Of a DNA stretch of 51,876 nucleotides, positions 23,402 to 34,905 are shown piece by piece. A program made the translations under genes and the position numbers. Positions within the stretch are counted from its first letter, which is position 1; each line of letters opens with the position of its first letter. The DNA is from Thelocarpon superellum (taxonomy: Eukaryota), in assembly GCA_026025795.1 (NCBI GenBank), contig JAPEUG010000085.1:1-51876 (forward strand), in the 5' to 3' direction. The notes beneath the pieces are model-generated. The model ran no database searches. It had not been told where the DNA came from and was given only the letters and a program-made list of their open reading frames with translations.

Positions 23402-26030
23402 ATGTCGTCCGAAGCTGCGCCCGCCGCTGCCGTGTCGTCCGGGCAGTCTGAGGGCAAAGGCCCCGCAGTCAACGGGGCGCCGGCCAACGGGACCACCATC
23501 AACACCAACGTCCCCGCCGAGCCCGCGGCCGACGCGGGGAGCGATGTGCCGACCCCGAGCTCGGCCGTGCCGGGAAGTGCGTCCGCCAATAATCAACCGC
23601 ACTCGGCCTCGCTCTACGTTGGCGAGTTGGATCTCTCCGTCACCGAGGCCATGCTGTTCGAGCTCTTCTCCTCCATCGGCCAGGTAGCCTCGATTCGAGT
23701 CTGCCGTGACGCGGTGACTCGCCGCTCGCTGGGCTACGCCTACGTCAATTACAACAATACGGCCGACGGTGAACGCGCCCTGGACGAGCTCAACTACACC
23801 CTCATCAAGGGCAAGCCCTGCCGCATCATGTGGTCACAGCGTGATCCTGCGCTACGGAAAACGGGCCAAGGAAACGTCTTTATCAAGAATCTCGACACGG
23901 CCATCGACAACAAGGCGCTGCACGACACCTTTGCCGCCTTTGGCCACATCCTGAGCTGCAAGGTCGCGCAGGATGAGTTCGGCAACTCCAAAGGGTACGG
24001 CTTCGTTCACTACGAGACGGCCGAGGCCGCGACCAACGCCATCAAGCACGTCAACGGCATGTTGCTCGACGAGAAGAAGGTCTTCGTTGGCCACCACATT
24101 CCCAAGAAGGATCGCCAGAGCAAGTTTGAAGAGATGAAGGCCAACTTCACCAACATCTACGTCAAGAACGTGGCCCCCGACGTCACCGACGACGACTTCC
24201 GCACGCTCTTCGAGAAGTACGGCGACATCTCGTCGGCCTCGCTCGCCCGCGACGAGACGGGCAAGAGCCGTGGCTTCGGCTTCGTCAACTTCATCGACCA
24301 CGAGCACGCCTCGACCGCGGTCGACGCCCTCAACGAGACCGACTTCAAGGGCCAGAGCCTGTACGTGAGCCGTGCCCAGAAGAAGCACGAGCGAGAGGAG
24401 GAGCTCCGCAAGCAGTACGAGGCCGCGCGCCTGGAGAAGGCGTCCAAGTACCAGGGCGTGAATCTCTACGTCAAGAACTTGGATGATGATATCGACGACG
24501 AGAAACTACGGGACATCTTCACCCCCTTTGGCACCATCACCTCGGCCAAGGTCATGCGTGAGGCCTTTGGCGAATCCACGGACGCCTCCGAGAAAGACAA
24601 GGAGGAAGAGAAGGAGGCGGATGAGGGCGCCGAGGACGGCGAGAAGCAGGAGCCGGCCAAGACGGAGAAGAAGACGCTGGGCAAGAGCAAGGGCTTCGGC
24701 TTCGTGTGCTTCAGCAACCCCGACGAGGCAACCAAGGCCGTCACGGATATGAATCAGCGCATGGTGCAGGGCAAGCCGCTCTACGTCGCCCTCGCGCAGC
24801 GAAAGGACGTGCGGAAGAACCAGGTACGCCGATGTTGGTGAGCGTTGTGGCGAGGGGGACCGCATTAACACGCGCGCAGTTGGAGGCCAGCATCCAGGCG
24901 CGGAATCAGATTCGGATGCAGCAGGCGGCCGCGGCCGCGGGTATGCCTCAACAGGTACGTGGACGGCGATGGCGCTGCCATGCGGGTCTACTGCTAACGA
25001 GGGACAGTTCATGCAAGCCCCGATGTTCTACGGTCCTGGCCAACAGCCCGGCTTTCTGCCGCCGGGCGGTGCCGGCCGGGGTGGCGTGCCCTTTCCTCCG
25101 CAAGCCGGCATGGTCATGCCCGGTGGTCAAGCCGCGGCGCGGCCGACCAACTTCCCCGGCGGCTTCCCCGCGCAGCCCGGTGGTCGTGGTGGCGCCAACG
25201 CGGCCCCGCAGATGCCGGCGGGCATGTATGGGATTCCTGGTCAAGCCGGCATGCCGCCGGGTTCGATGCCAGGCGGCCCGGGGGGATATGGGGGTCCCAG
25301 CGGCGCCGCATATGCCGCCGCGATCGCACAGGCTCAAGCTGCCGCCGCCGCCGCGGCCGGTCGTGGGGGCCCTGCCGGCCGTGGACCGATGCCCGGCATG
25401 CAAGGGATGCAAGGCATGCCGCCGAACATGGCCACCCTCCAAGGCGTTCGTGGCATGCCGGCCGGACCTGGCTTCCCGGCCGTGGCGGGGCGTGGCGGCA
25501 TGCCCATGCGAGGCGCGATGCCGGGCTTTCCTGGTCCGGGCGGTCGCGGCCAGATGCCGGCTCACCTGGTGGCCCAGCCGGGCTTGACGCAAGGCCTCGG
25601 CCGTGACGATGGCGTGGGCGCCGTCGGTCTCACGTCACAAGCCCTGTCGTCGGCGCCGCCGCAACAACAGAAACAAATGCTGGGTGAGGCGTTGTACCCC
25701 AAGATCAACGCGCAGCAACCCGAGTTGGCGGGCAAGATCACGGGCATGTTGTTAGAGATGGACAATATGGAGTTGTTGAATTTGTGAGTGGCCTGCTTGG
25801 CTCCCGCTCCACCGAAGGCAGACTGACTCGGAAACAGGATCGAGGATGACACGGCGCTACGGGCCAAGGTCGACGAGGCCTTGACGGTGTATGATGAGTA
25901 CGTGAAGAGCAAGGGTGGCGAGGGAGAGGGGAGCGGTGGTGGTGCGCCTGATTTGGGAGTGGACGCCAGCGGAGCCAAGTCAGAAGAAGCAGAGAAGAGT
26001 GCGCCCGCCGCGCCTGAGCAGAAGGCGTGA
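23402..26030 (+). CDS. PAB1: Cytoplasmic poly(A)-binding protein (4 RRMs + MLLE/PABC); introns 24824-24879, 24955-25007, 25784-25838
   Basis: [92 protein letters not shown]. Confidence 0.97.
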
Positions 26031-26474
26031 GAGTGACCATGACCACGTCGGCCCTACGTCTGACATCGAACGAGTCGTCGTTTGGCAGCTCTCGTCGAGG
26101 CCGGACCGCTCGTGTCGAATGTCTCTGTCTGCCGTGCTGGCCGGCCTTGCTCGCTTGTTCGGGGTTTCTATTTTCTTTTCGTCTTCCCTTTCTTTCCACC
26201 CTGTTTCGATTTCCCTTTGCCTCCTCCCTCCTGACGTCTGCTTCTGACTCGGGTCTGTCGGATCAGGCGGGACGAAGGAAGATACCAAGGTAGCTTCAGT
26301 CTCAAGCCCAGTTTCAGTCTCAATCGTGTCAACCTGGCTGCTTCTCACTAGTGGCCATAGAAATCGATTCATCAATCCATCAATTCAGTCACCATCATCA
26401 TCGCTCCAGCAGTCCAGGATTGGTTTGAAAAGTTCATACTGGGGACGCTGAACAGGAAGAAGGTGGATGGGAGG

Positions 26475-29400
26475 CTAGATCACGGCTGTTCTTTCCGTGG
26501 ATCCTGGTCCACCACGACCATTCCCATTCCCGTTTCCATCAGTCCCACGTCCATCAGTCATGTCGTTGTCGTCCTCGTCGTTGTTAGCATCCAACACCCA
26601 CGATTCGGACCCAAGACCATGGTGATCCTGAATTGGACGAAGAGGGACATCACTTAGGATGTCCACGTTGATTTCTCGTCCTTGTCCGTTGTTGGTCGTT
26701 TGTCGTTCTTCCTCGGCCGATGCCGGCGCTGGTGGTGCCGTACCCTCCATACCCATGACGGAGGAGAGGGGAGGACGATGCAGAACGACGTATAGTCCGT
26801 CATCGTATCTCCCCTTCCTCTTAGCCTTTCTCTTCCCGCTTCCGCTTCCGCTTCCGGGCGGCGAAAATCCTTGGCATTCGCCCCCACCGCCCGGCATGAT
26901 GAACGGATAGACGTCGACTTCGCGGATACGAATCCCCGCTTGGCTCGTCGCGTCCTGGTATGCGGTCGCGCCTTCGTCTGCCTCTGCTTCTGCCTCTGCT
27001 CCTGCTAAGCGTGCGATGGATCCCGCCAGCCCCGCGACCGACCCTACCTCTCCACCGGACGTGGCGCTGCTGGAGGCTAGGACCTGGTTTCGCCCCCTGC
27101 CGCTGCCAGGTGGGGAGAAGGACAGCTCGAGTGTGAGTTTCAGCAGCGTGGGTGCGCGCGAGGGCGAGGTTTGCTGGCGTGCGACGGCCTGAAGGCGCGT
27201 GAGGCGTGATAGGGCGATGGGGAAGCGGAGACGGGTTGACGTCGTGGTCATGGAGGAGGACGACGATGGTGAAGCACACAGTGGGAAAACGGCGGGCGGG
27301 AGACGCGTTCGGTACAGACCTGCTCCCTCGGGCGGGAGGAGCTGGACGTGGCACGGCGCCTGCGAGTATGTGCGCAGGGAGAAAGAGGCGAGTTGGCCCG
27401 TGTCAAAAGTCGAGCATACGACCGTGTACAGGCCCGGCTGGACATTGCGGATCAGCGCCAATGCGCACCCACGCCGGTAGTCGCCTGAGTCGCCGACGAT
27501 GTCGCGTGTTGAGAGGCTCGTGATGCGTTTGCCTCGGCCCCATACCAGCGTCACGTGTACCGGCACCGCGTGGTTCGACGCCTCGAGCAGAAAGGTCATG
27601 TCCGTGGTGGCGCTGGGGATAGTGGCGGAGGGGGGCGGCAGCAGCTGCAGCTTAAATTGCGGGTTGCGCGGGTAGCTGACGTGGTTGGTGTTCCCGCCTG
27701 CGTTGCTGCTTGTCCATTCGCTGTCGACCGAAGTCGTGTGCGTGTACGGATCTCGGGCTGGATGTATGCTGACCGGCTTCCGCGAGAGGACGGACAGGGT
27801 GAAGGTGTAGGAGGTCCGCGGGAGAGATTGCTCGCACACGACGACCGTGTAGGTCTTCTTCGGCGATAGGTCCAGCTGAATGAGCGTTTGGGGCGAGTCG
27901 ACGTACGGTCCTCGGTGTAGCGCCCCGTCGCTCAGTAGCACCCGGTTGCCGTCCCGCTCGAAGACGCAGAGGCTGATGTAGCCCGGGGGGCGTTGGCCAG
28001 CCGTGTCTTGCGTCGAGTCACTCTCATCCTGGGCACTTTTGAAATGACGACTGAGGAGGAGCCAGGATGCACCACCTTCCACGCTGTTGATCGCGTACTG
28101 TGGGTTGCCTTGAATGCAATTCGGAGGCTGCGTCTCCGTCGATAGGTCCCAAAAGAAGTGGATGTCCTGTCGATGCTGATACAGGGCCGGATTCCAATTT
28201 AGATAAATCGACTCGAAGTACTGCAGGACGCTGTCGAGGTCGATCCAGAAGGTGCCTGGTGCAAGTGGCTCGTCTGCGAGTGCCTTTTGAACTCCATCGC
28301 ACTCGTCCAGCGCCTTTGGATCCGAGGAGCTCTTGTCTCGAGGTCGGCCTTTCCAAACTGTCCCTTCAATCCAGGGATTCTTCACCAGGAGCCTCCGCAT
28401 CGGGCCGCTTTCCTGGATACTCAACACGGTATAGTCGTGTTCACTGGCTAATCCCAGCTCCTCTTCTTCGTCCGGAGTCATCCGACCCGTCCCAAGCGTC
28501 ACAAGGACATCGCTCCATTCAAAGGAGGTGGTGATGCTCTTCCAGAGTTTCTCGACCTCAACGTCCTCCCTGTCGCCGTCAGTTGCTTTCTCCCAGATAG
28601 ACTGCGGGACGGACCTTTGTAAGAAGACTTGCTCGGGAATCCATCCCGTCATGACCCAAATATCCGTTCCTGAATTACTGCCGGGGAAATCGTATCCACC
28701 TCGCATCTTCAAGTAGGCCTTCTCCACCAGTGCCGGCCATAACAGGTTGTCGTTGTTCCGATCCACGACATGCAATCGCCGACTGGTGCGCGAAGAAGGC
28801 AGTCGATCGTCAACCACCACGCGACGATAACAGCCGTTGAAGTGGAGACGGAGGACGTATCGTCCACTGCGAGAGAACTTGGGCAGCTTCAGCTCGACAT
28901 CGTACGGGTACAAGAGATTTGACATGATCTGATGGCATTTAGATTACACTCGTACTGCACTGATTCTGCCGACCAACCTCCGGGTATCCTCGCTCAAGGT
29001 TACCCACGATGGCGCAGAGGCTGGCAACGACGGAGCAGTCCGAGGTGGCATCTTGTACCAAGTCCATCTTGTGGCCCGACCGCATGGACGACGTGGACTC
29101 CTCGGCCCTCTTCCACCGGTCGAGGATGTCACGTTGTGCTGTCGTCAAGCCTAAATTTTGATCATCTCTATGCAGGTCAGCAATGCGGCCAACGCCTTGC
29201 TCGAATCTGAGGAATTGTGGCAGCAAAGTCCTATCACATACTCATAGAGTACCCCGGATCTGTCCAAGTGAAAATCATCCTCGTCCGGAACCGATTTCCA
29301 TGGGGGGAACACGGCGCCGTTTAGTTTGGATCCTTCGAGCAGAAGAATCTGTTCTCTGGTCGTCAACTTCCTCTCCGAATGCGGCTCTTGAAGGTTTGGT

Positions 29401-29737
29401 GATGGGCCATCTCCTGGAGAGGGTAGGAGGTCGGGTCCCAGTCTCTTTTCTCCCCCGGCTTTGATTGATTCGGCTGTTTCAAGCAGCAATTGGCAGCGTT
29501 GCTGCAGACGACATTTGTCTCCATGTTGATGAGCTAATCGACGGGCAGCCATATACAGTTCTATTGCACGGATCAGTAGCTCCAGGGTCTCATCTCGTGT
29601 GTCCGACCGGCGGACGCGCGACTCGATTGCCTCAGGCTCATCAGCAGAGACTAGACGACGCGAGTGGAGACTGGCGGGGCTCAACTCACTCGAGCTCGCG
29701 CCTCCAGCAACCGGCTCTGGTCCTCAGCGGCCGGCAT
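26475..29737 (-). CDS. palB: Calpain-like protease PalB/Rim13 (pH-signalling), ~1011 aa; exons 29737-29690, 29630-29242, 29167-28978, 28928-28615, 28569-26475
   Basis: MIT-like N-terminus (AIELYM..A...L..RC..LLETAESIK); catalytic triad DLVQDATSDCSVVASLC / LASEHDY / LVKNPW; NGCYRRVVVDDRLP, LWPALVEKAYLK.RGGYDFPGSNSGTD; calpain domain-III motifs NPQY and AGGN...Y..NPQF. First-exon assignment is less certain. Confidence 0.92.
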
Positions 29738-29870
29738 CCCAACTCAGCCTCTTAAGTCGAGGCCTGTGCTGACCACGGCACGTTCCATCTCTGTGTTTTC
29801 CAGCCTCAACCAATGAATCGTGGTCCCTCTCGTGCATGGCATAGCGTCAACTCCACGAGTGCAGGAGCGC

Positions 29871-29891
29871 GCACGTGATCTGGTCACGTGC
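29871..29891. promoter_or_regulatory. Paired inverted bHLH E-boxes GCACGTGA-TCTGG-TCACGTGC in the palB/ANT1 divergent promoter
   Basis: Two TCACGTG (Cbf1/SREBP-class consensus) sites arranged as a perfect 8-bp inverted repeat with a 5-nt spacer. Confidence 0.55.
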
Positions 29892-30409
29892 CCACCCCTA
29901 TCACTATCCCAGACTACGCGTAGATTAGCAATTCAGCTCTGATTCCTACACGAGTATGTTACCGATTAGCGACGAGTACTCGTATGTTAGCTAGCATAGT
30001 ATGCGAGGGACGTCGGAGGCGGAACGCCTGACCGGAATCGTGCACCTCGGCTACTCCACTCTTCGCCCGGTAACGGGGCCGGTCCGTCTCGTGAAAGTGA
30101 CAGAGCGAAGTGGGATGTCGGCGGCGGGCATCCTTGACCAGCATGCCCTTCCACCCCATCCTCTGCTCCTCAGGGACATCCACTATTTCTTGTTTCCCTT
30201 GTGTCATGCTTTCTTGAGCTCCACTGCTGTTGTCCCCATCAATCCGTGTTGTGCTCACCGCGGGCACCTTGCTCGGTCCAAGATACCGAGGTAACTCGCT
30301 CATTACATCACCCGCTGCAGCTTCGCCATCTCGATTCCCAGTTCCTCGCAATTCTCACGACCGTTGACGACTAGAACGCGTCCTACGACAGATCTTCGGC
30401 TCAATCAAC

Positions 30410-31636
30410 ATGGCCGCCCAGTCTAAGGAAATCCCGCTTCCCCCATGGGGAAGCGCTTTGGCCGGTGCTACGGGCGCGGTCCTCGCAAATGCCGTTGTAT
30501 ACCCACTAGATATGTACGTGAGCGTGTAAATGCATCGTGCGCTTGTGTATTTGTGTACTTGATGAATGCTCGATCCAGCAGACTGACGCTATCTCAGCGT
30601 CAAGACGCGGCTTCAAGTCCAAGTCAAGAGAGATCCTACCGATACGACGACCGACTCCGCAGGCCAGCCCCATTACGCCTCGACGGCCGATGCCATCCGG
30701 CAAATCATCGCCGATGAGGGTCTTCCCGGCTTATATTCTGGGATTGAGGGTTCATTGATCGGCGTGGCCTCTACTAACTTTGCCTACTTCTACTGGTACT
30801 CCGTCGTCCGAACGCTGTACCTCTCGTCGCAGACCATCCCCAAGCCTCCTGGCACGGCCGTGGAGCTGAGTCTGGGTGCGGTTGCCGGCGCGGTCGCTCA
30901 AGTCTTCACCATCCCCGTCTCGGTGGTGACGACACGGCAACAGACGCAAGCCAAGGGGGAGAAGAAGGGCTTGTTTGACACCGGACGCGAGGTGATTGAA
31001 AGTGACGACGGCTGGACAGGGCTCTGGCGAGGTCTCAAGGCCAGCCTGGTGCTCGTGGTCAATCCCGCCATCACCTACGGAGCTTATCAACGACTCCGAG
31101 AAATCATTTTCCCGGGTAAAGTGAACCTGAGCCCATGGGAGGCCTTCCGTGAGTCCTTGTGACCTTTGTTCCCAACCTGGAAGCACGGCTCCGCCTAACG
31201 CGACACAGTCCTCGGGGCCATGTCCAAAACCATCGCAACCCTGGTCACGCAGCCCCTGATCGTGGCCAAGGTCGGACTGCAATCGCGACCGCCACCGGCA
31301 AGGAAGGGCAAGCCATTCAAGAGCTTCATCGAGGTGATGCGGTTCATCGTCAAGAACGAGGGTGTCCTGGGACTGTTCAAGGGAATCTCGCCGCAAATCA
31401 TGAAGGGGCTCTTTGTCCAGGGTATCTTGATGATGACCAAGGAGCGGTATGACTCGCCGGCCCATGTGCGTCTCCCGTGTCGTACGATCCGACTAATACC
31501 TCGCCTGCACAGGATGGAATTGATCTTCATCCTTCTCTTCCGCTACGTGCGCCAGATCCGGTCCAGCCAGCTCCAGAAGGTGGCGGATGCCACCGCAGCC
31601 ACTGCCAAGCACGTCATGCCCATCGTTGCCAAATGA
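30410..31636 (+). CDS. ANT1: Peroxisomal adenine nucleotide transporter (mitochondrial carrier family, Ant1/PMP47-like); introns 30514-30597, 31149-31208, 31447-31512; probable 5'UTR intron 30291-30391
   Basis: Carrier signatures YPLDIVKTRLQVQ, IPVSVVTTRQQT, QPLIVAKVGLQ; STNFAYFYWY, GLKASLVLVVNPAITYG, GI.PQIMKG typical of fungal Ant1. Confidence 0.9.
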
Positions 31637-32207
31637 ACATCGGCGTTGTTATCATGAGTGGCTCGGGGGAGATCACGGCCTGTAGAAGTAACGGCGTACG
31701 GTTCGCTCCTCATTTCCTTGAAGTTTCGTGGCTTTTACCGTGTCAAAGCAATCTTTCTCGTCCAAGTCATGCGATTCCCTGTCTTTCTATCGCTGTGAAA
31801 AGAGCGACAATGAGGAATGCAAAGCTTCTGGTATCTCGCGACCTGCCAAGACAAAGCTTAAGGATCCCGCACGTTGATCTCGAGGTGCTCGGCAGGATAA
31901 CTTGAAGATGGACTCCTCATATTCCCAGTCTATATGAACGAATGTGATGTGATCTCTTGCTCCCTCCATTCGTCAGCTTCAACCTTTCCTGACCTTTTCC
32001 CCAACGCTACATTCTTCATGCAAAGGCCACTAGCAAAAGCTGCAACTTCGTCAATGTATTTCCTCCCTTTCTCGCTCGATGAATGAATGGATGGATGGCG
32101 AAGTGGCGGGCGGATGGATTTATGAATAGATGGATCAAAAACTCGGGCACGTTTGGCAGGGATCGTTGCACTGGGCTCAACCGGTAACGCTGCTGTTCCT
32201 CAACCCG

Positions 32208-32921
32208 TCACGATGACGCCGGATTGACCCCCTCGTTGCGTCCGAGTTGTGGCAGGCGACCGCCACCGCTGCTTCCACCCTGCTGGCCACCTCCATTCGT
32301 GCTTGGTTGGATATTGCCACCTCCTAATTGCGGGACACTGCCGCCTGCTCCTTGTTGGCTGCTGCCACCTTCCGGTTGTGGGATACTGCCACTTCCTCCT
32401 GGACCGATAGCGCCGCCTATCTGGCCGGTGGCCCCTCCCGTTGGTCCAGTAATGGGGCCCGCCGGGCCAGTAGTTCCTCCCCGTAGACCAGCAATGGGGC
32501 CGGGCGGACCAGGAGTTCCTGCCGTTTGACTGGGGACGGAGGTACCGACTTCCGGCAGAGCGCCGTGGGTCTGAGCAGCTGCGCCACCTGCGTTGAGGGA
32601 ATATGGCGTGTTGAAAGACTTAGGCCCGCTGAAGAGACTCATAATGCTGCCGCCGGTGCCGCTACTCCCCGTCCCCATGGTGCTGCGGCCACCTGTGCCC
32701 ACGGGGCCACCGCCGCCTATGTCACTGCCGGCGGTGAACCCTCGCGTGCTATTGCCGGCGGTGACCGCGTTGATGGTGCCATTACCATAGCCGGTACTGT
32801 TACCGCTGCTTTGGCTGACACCGCCACCCTGGCGACGGATAAGCCCCGCGCCAATGGATGAAACGGGAATGGCAGCACTGTGCGCGAAATAACCGGCCAA
32901 GGCGAGTGTGAGAAACTTCAT
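32208..32921 (-). CDS. Secreted Gly/Ser/Thr/Pro-rich low-complexity protein, 237 aa, intronless
   Basis: Signal peptide MKFLTLALAGYFAHSAA-IP, Kex2-like RR|Q site, N-glycosylation sequons (NST, NGT, NST); TATAAA ~155 bp upstream. Start reset from the 33194 ORF call to ATG 32921. Confidence 0.7.
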   Translation of the reverse strand: MKFLTLALAGYFAHSAAIPVSSIGAGLIRRQGGGVSQSSGNSTGYGNGTINAVTAGNSTRGFTAGSDIGGGGPVGTGGRSTMGTGSSGTGGSIMSLFSGPKSFNTPYSLNAGGAAAQTHGALPEVGTSVPSQTAGTPGPPGPIAGLRGGTTGPAGPITGPTGGATGQIGGAIGPGGSGSIPQPEGGSSQQGAGGSVPQLGGGNIQPSTNGGGQQGGSSGGGRLPQLGRNEGVNPASS

Positions 32922-33074
32922 CGTGGGAACCGTGTGTCGGTACGTGGCAAAGAAAATGGCGAGGGCGTGATGAGAAGATATGAGTGTGCTTCCGTTAGGG
33001 AGGAAGGTGCAAAACAAAGTGCTGGTTGAACGAAGGGCTGCGAAGCTGCTGCTTTCGTTCGGGCAAGGTCGCCA

Positions 33075-33080
33075 TTTATA
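33075..33080 (-). promoter_or_regulatory. TATA box of the Gly-rich secreted protein gene
   Basis: TATAAA on minus strand followed by pyrimidine-rich leader before ATG 32921. Confidence 0.55.
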
Positions 33081-34905
33081 AGATGCCAGAGCCATGAACT
33101 CTCCACAGAGCAAGAACACCATCGACGATAAACGCGGAGGTTGATGGAAACCGCGTATACTTCGTGCGACAAGTTTCGGCTGAATTGGAAACATCCTCTT
33201 GCCGAGACCTTTGGATCATTGGTTTGGGAGTGAGAAACTTCTAGAGGGAAAGAAACCGTTCTACCATTGAGGTGGCCAGGATGGCCTATCGCCTTACGGT
33301 GATTTGGCACACTCCATCAGCTGAGTCTACCGCGATGGTCAAAGGAATGATAGCCATAGAGAGTCGAAACCCCCGAACTACCGGCAACTCGTCTCTCGCC
33401 AATCTCGTCCTCGGGTGAGACGTAGCTTGTAGCAGCTGGAAGAGGTTTGGTAGAATAATGTCACGATCAACAAGAGACGCACGAAAGCAAGTGGGTCATG
33501 ATGTGACGACCAGGAAGGATGTAGCATGGTGCGAAGTGAGACACGTGCGGAACTTACCTCAGCCCTACTCATACACATCACGAACCGTACTTCGCCTAAC
33601 GATGGAGGGCAGAGGCCGGATCTTCCGCCAAACGCGCCAGGGCGAGTAGCGAGTCACCTGACTACCGTCGTTAGGGCGCGACCCCCGATAACCCTGAGAT
33701 GCGTGGAGTGGAAACTCGGCTAGGTGTTGGCGTTGGACGTCGAATTGGATGCGGAGAGCGACAAGACCAACACCACCCTCGACGTTGAGATCCACCGCCG
33801 CACATCGTCATGGCCAGTATGATGACCCGCCCTTGTTGCTGGGATATTGGCATATGCGGCGTTGGCTGATTTCCTCAGAATCCAAGAATTCGTCTCAGCA
33901 CAATCAGAGCAAGAAGGCTCATCGGAACGGGTAAGATCTGGCCCTATCAATCTATGCCTACTTCTCTTTGGCCTCAACCACCCCCAGATCTACACTCCAC
34001 CCGCCCGTCTATCACTCGCCAGGATTGTGGAACTCGTACTGATCGCTACCGGCCCCGGCACGCAGGATCAAGAAGCCCAAGACGCAACGGTATCCGTCGC
34101 TCAATGGAACCGACCCCAAGTTCCGGAGAAACCATAGACATGCGCTGCATGGGACGATGAAGGCTTTGGTATGCGGTCACTGTTCTTTGACACCCCGGGC
34201 CTTGATGAATGGGAGGGCGAGGAATAAACTGTCGCTAATGAGTCTGTAGAAGGAGTTCAAGGAGGGGAAGCGAGAGACGGCCTAAGGGGAACGAATCAGC
34301 TGCATACGTGGAGATGATTTGAATGAGAATCAAGGAGTCCGTGATAAGACCTACGTCTTGCCAGGCTACGGTTCTCAAGATGTAACCTCCCTCGCTGCGT
34401 CAGCCGACTTCGAATACAGCACACTTCTCATCCCCTCTTCCCTCTGCTTCTCTCGACTCGAGCGTCAACCATTTCTGTTCCCAATTCGCTTTTTTCGTTG
34501 CGGTTCGTCCAGAGCACGACCAAGGCATAAGTGTGTACAGCGCCGACCGCTCGCACTTCCATGCGCGGCCGCTGAAGGAGACAAAGAATCTTATATCGTG
34601 CCGAGAACGAACTTCGCCAGGCCCCTTCAATACCAAACACCCTGTATTTCCCTTTTCGTCGTGGGACAAGTGGTGCATGGAGAGGGGGTTACATCTCTTT
34701 ACCTGTCCTTCGCCTTTCTCTTTGCTGCTTCGCTTGCCTTGGGGATCGTTGCTCTTGCTGTTGAAGGTGGGACGGTGAGGTGGTTCTTAGCTTGTCACAT
34801 GTACACGCGCAGGCAGGCAGGGAGGGAGGTCGAGAGGAATCAATTCATTGCGCCGAGACTCTCCGCCCTGGAAAAGAGATATACCTGTTCAAATGAGGGA
34901 TCTAC

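Noticed and set aside
18466..31636. HECT ligase, PAB1, palB and ANT1 as a functional gene cluster
   Set aside because: Unrelated housekeeping pathways; adjacency alone does not indicate a system.
32922..33194. N-terminal 91-aa extension in the 328-aa ORF call
   Set aside because: Contains the TATA box and leader; the signal peptide begins at ATG 32921.
33300..34900. Short ORFs such as 33847-34137 and 34319-34909 as genes
   Set aside because: No recognisable domain, non-ATG starts, no coherent exon chain.
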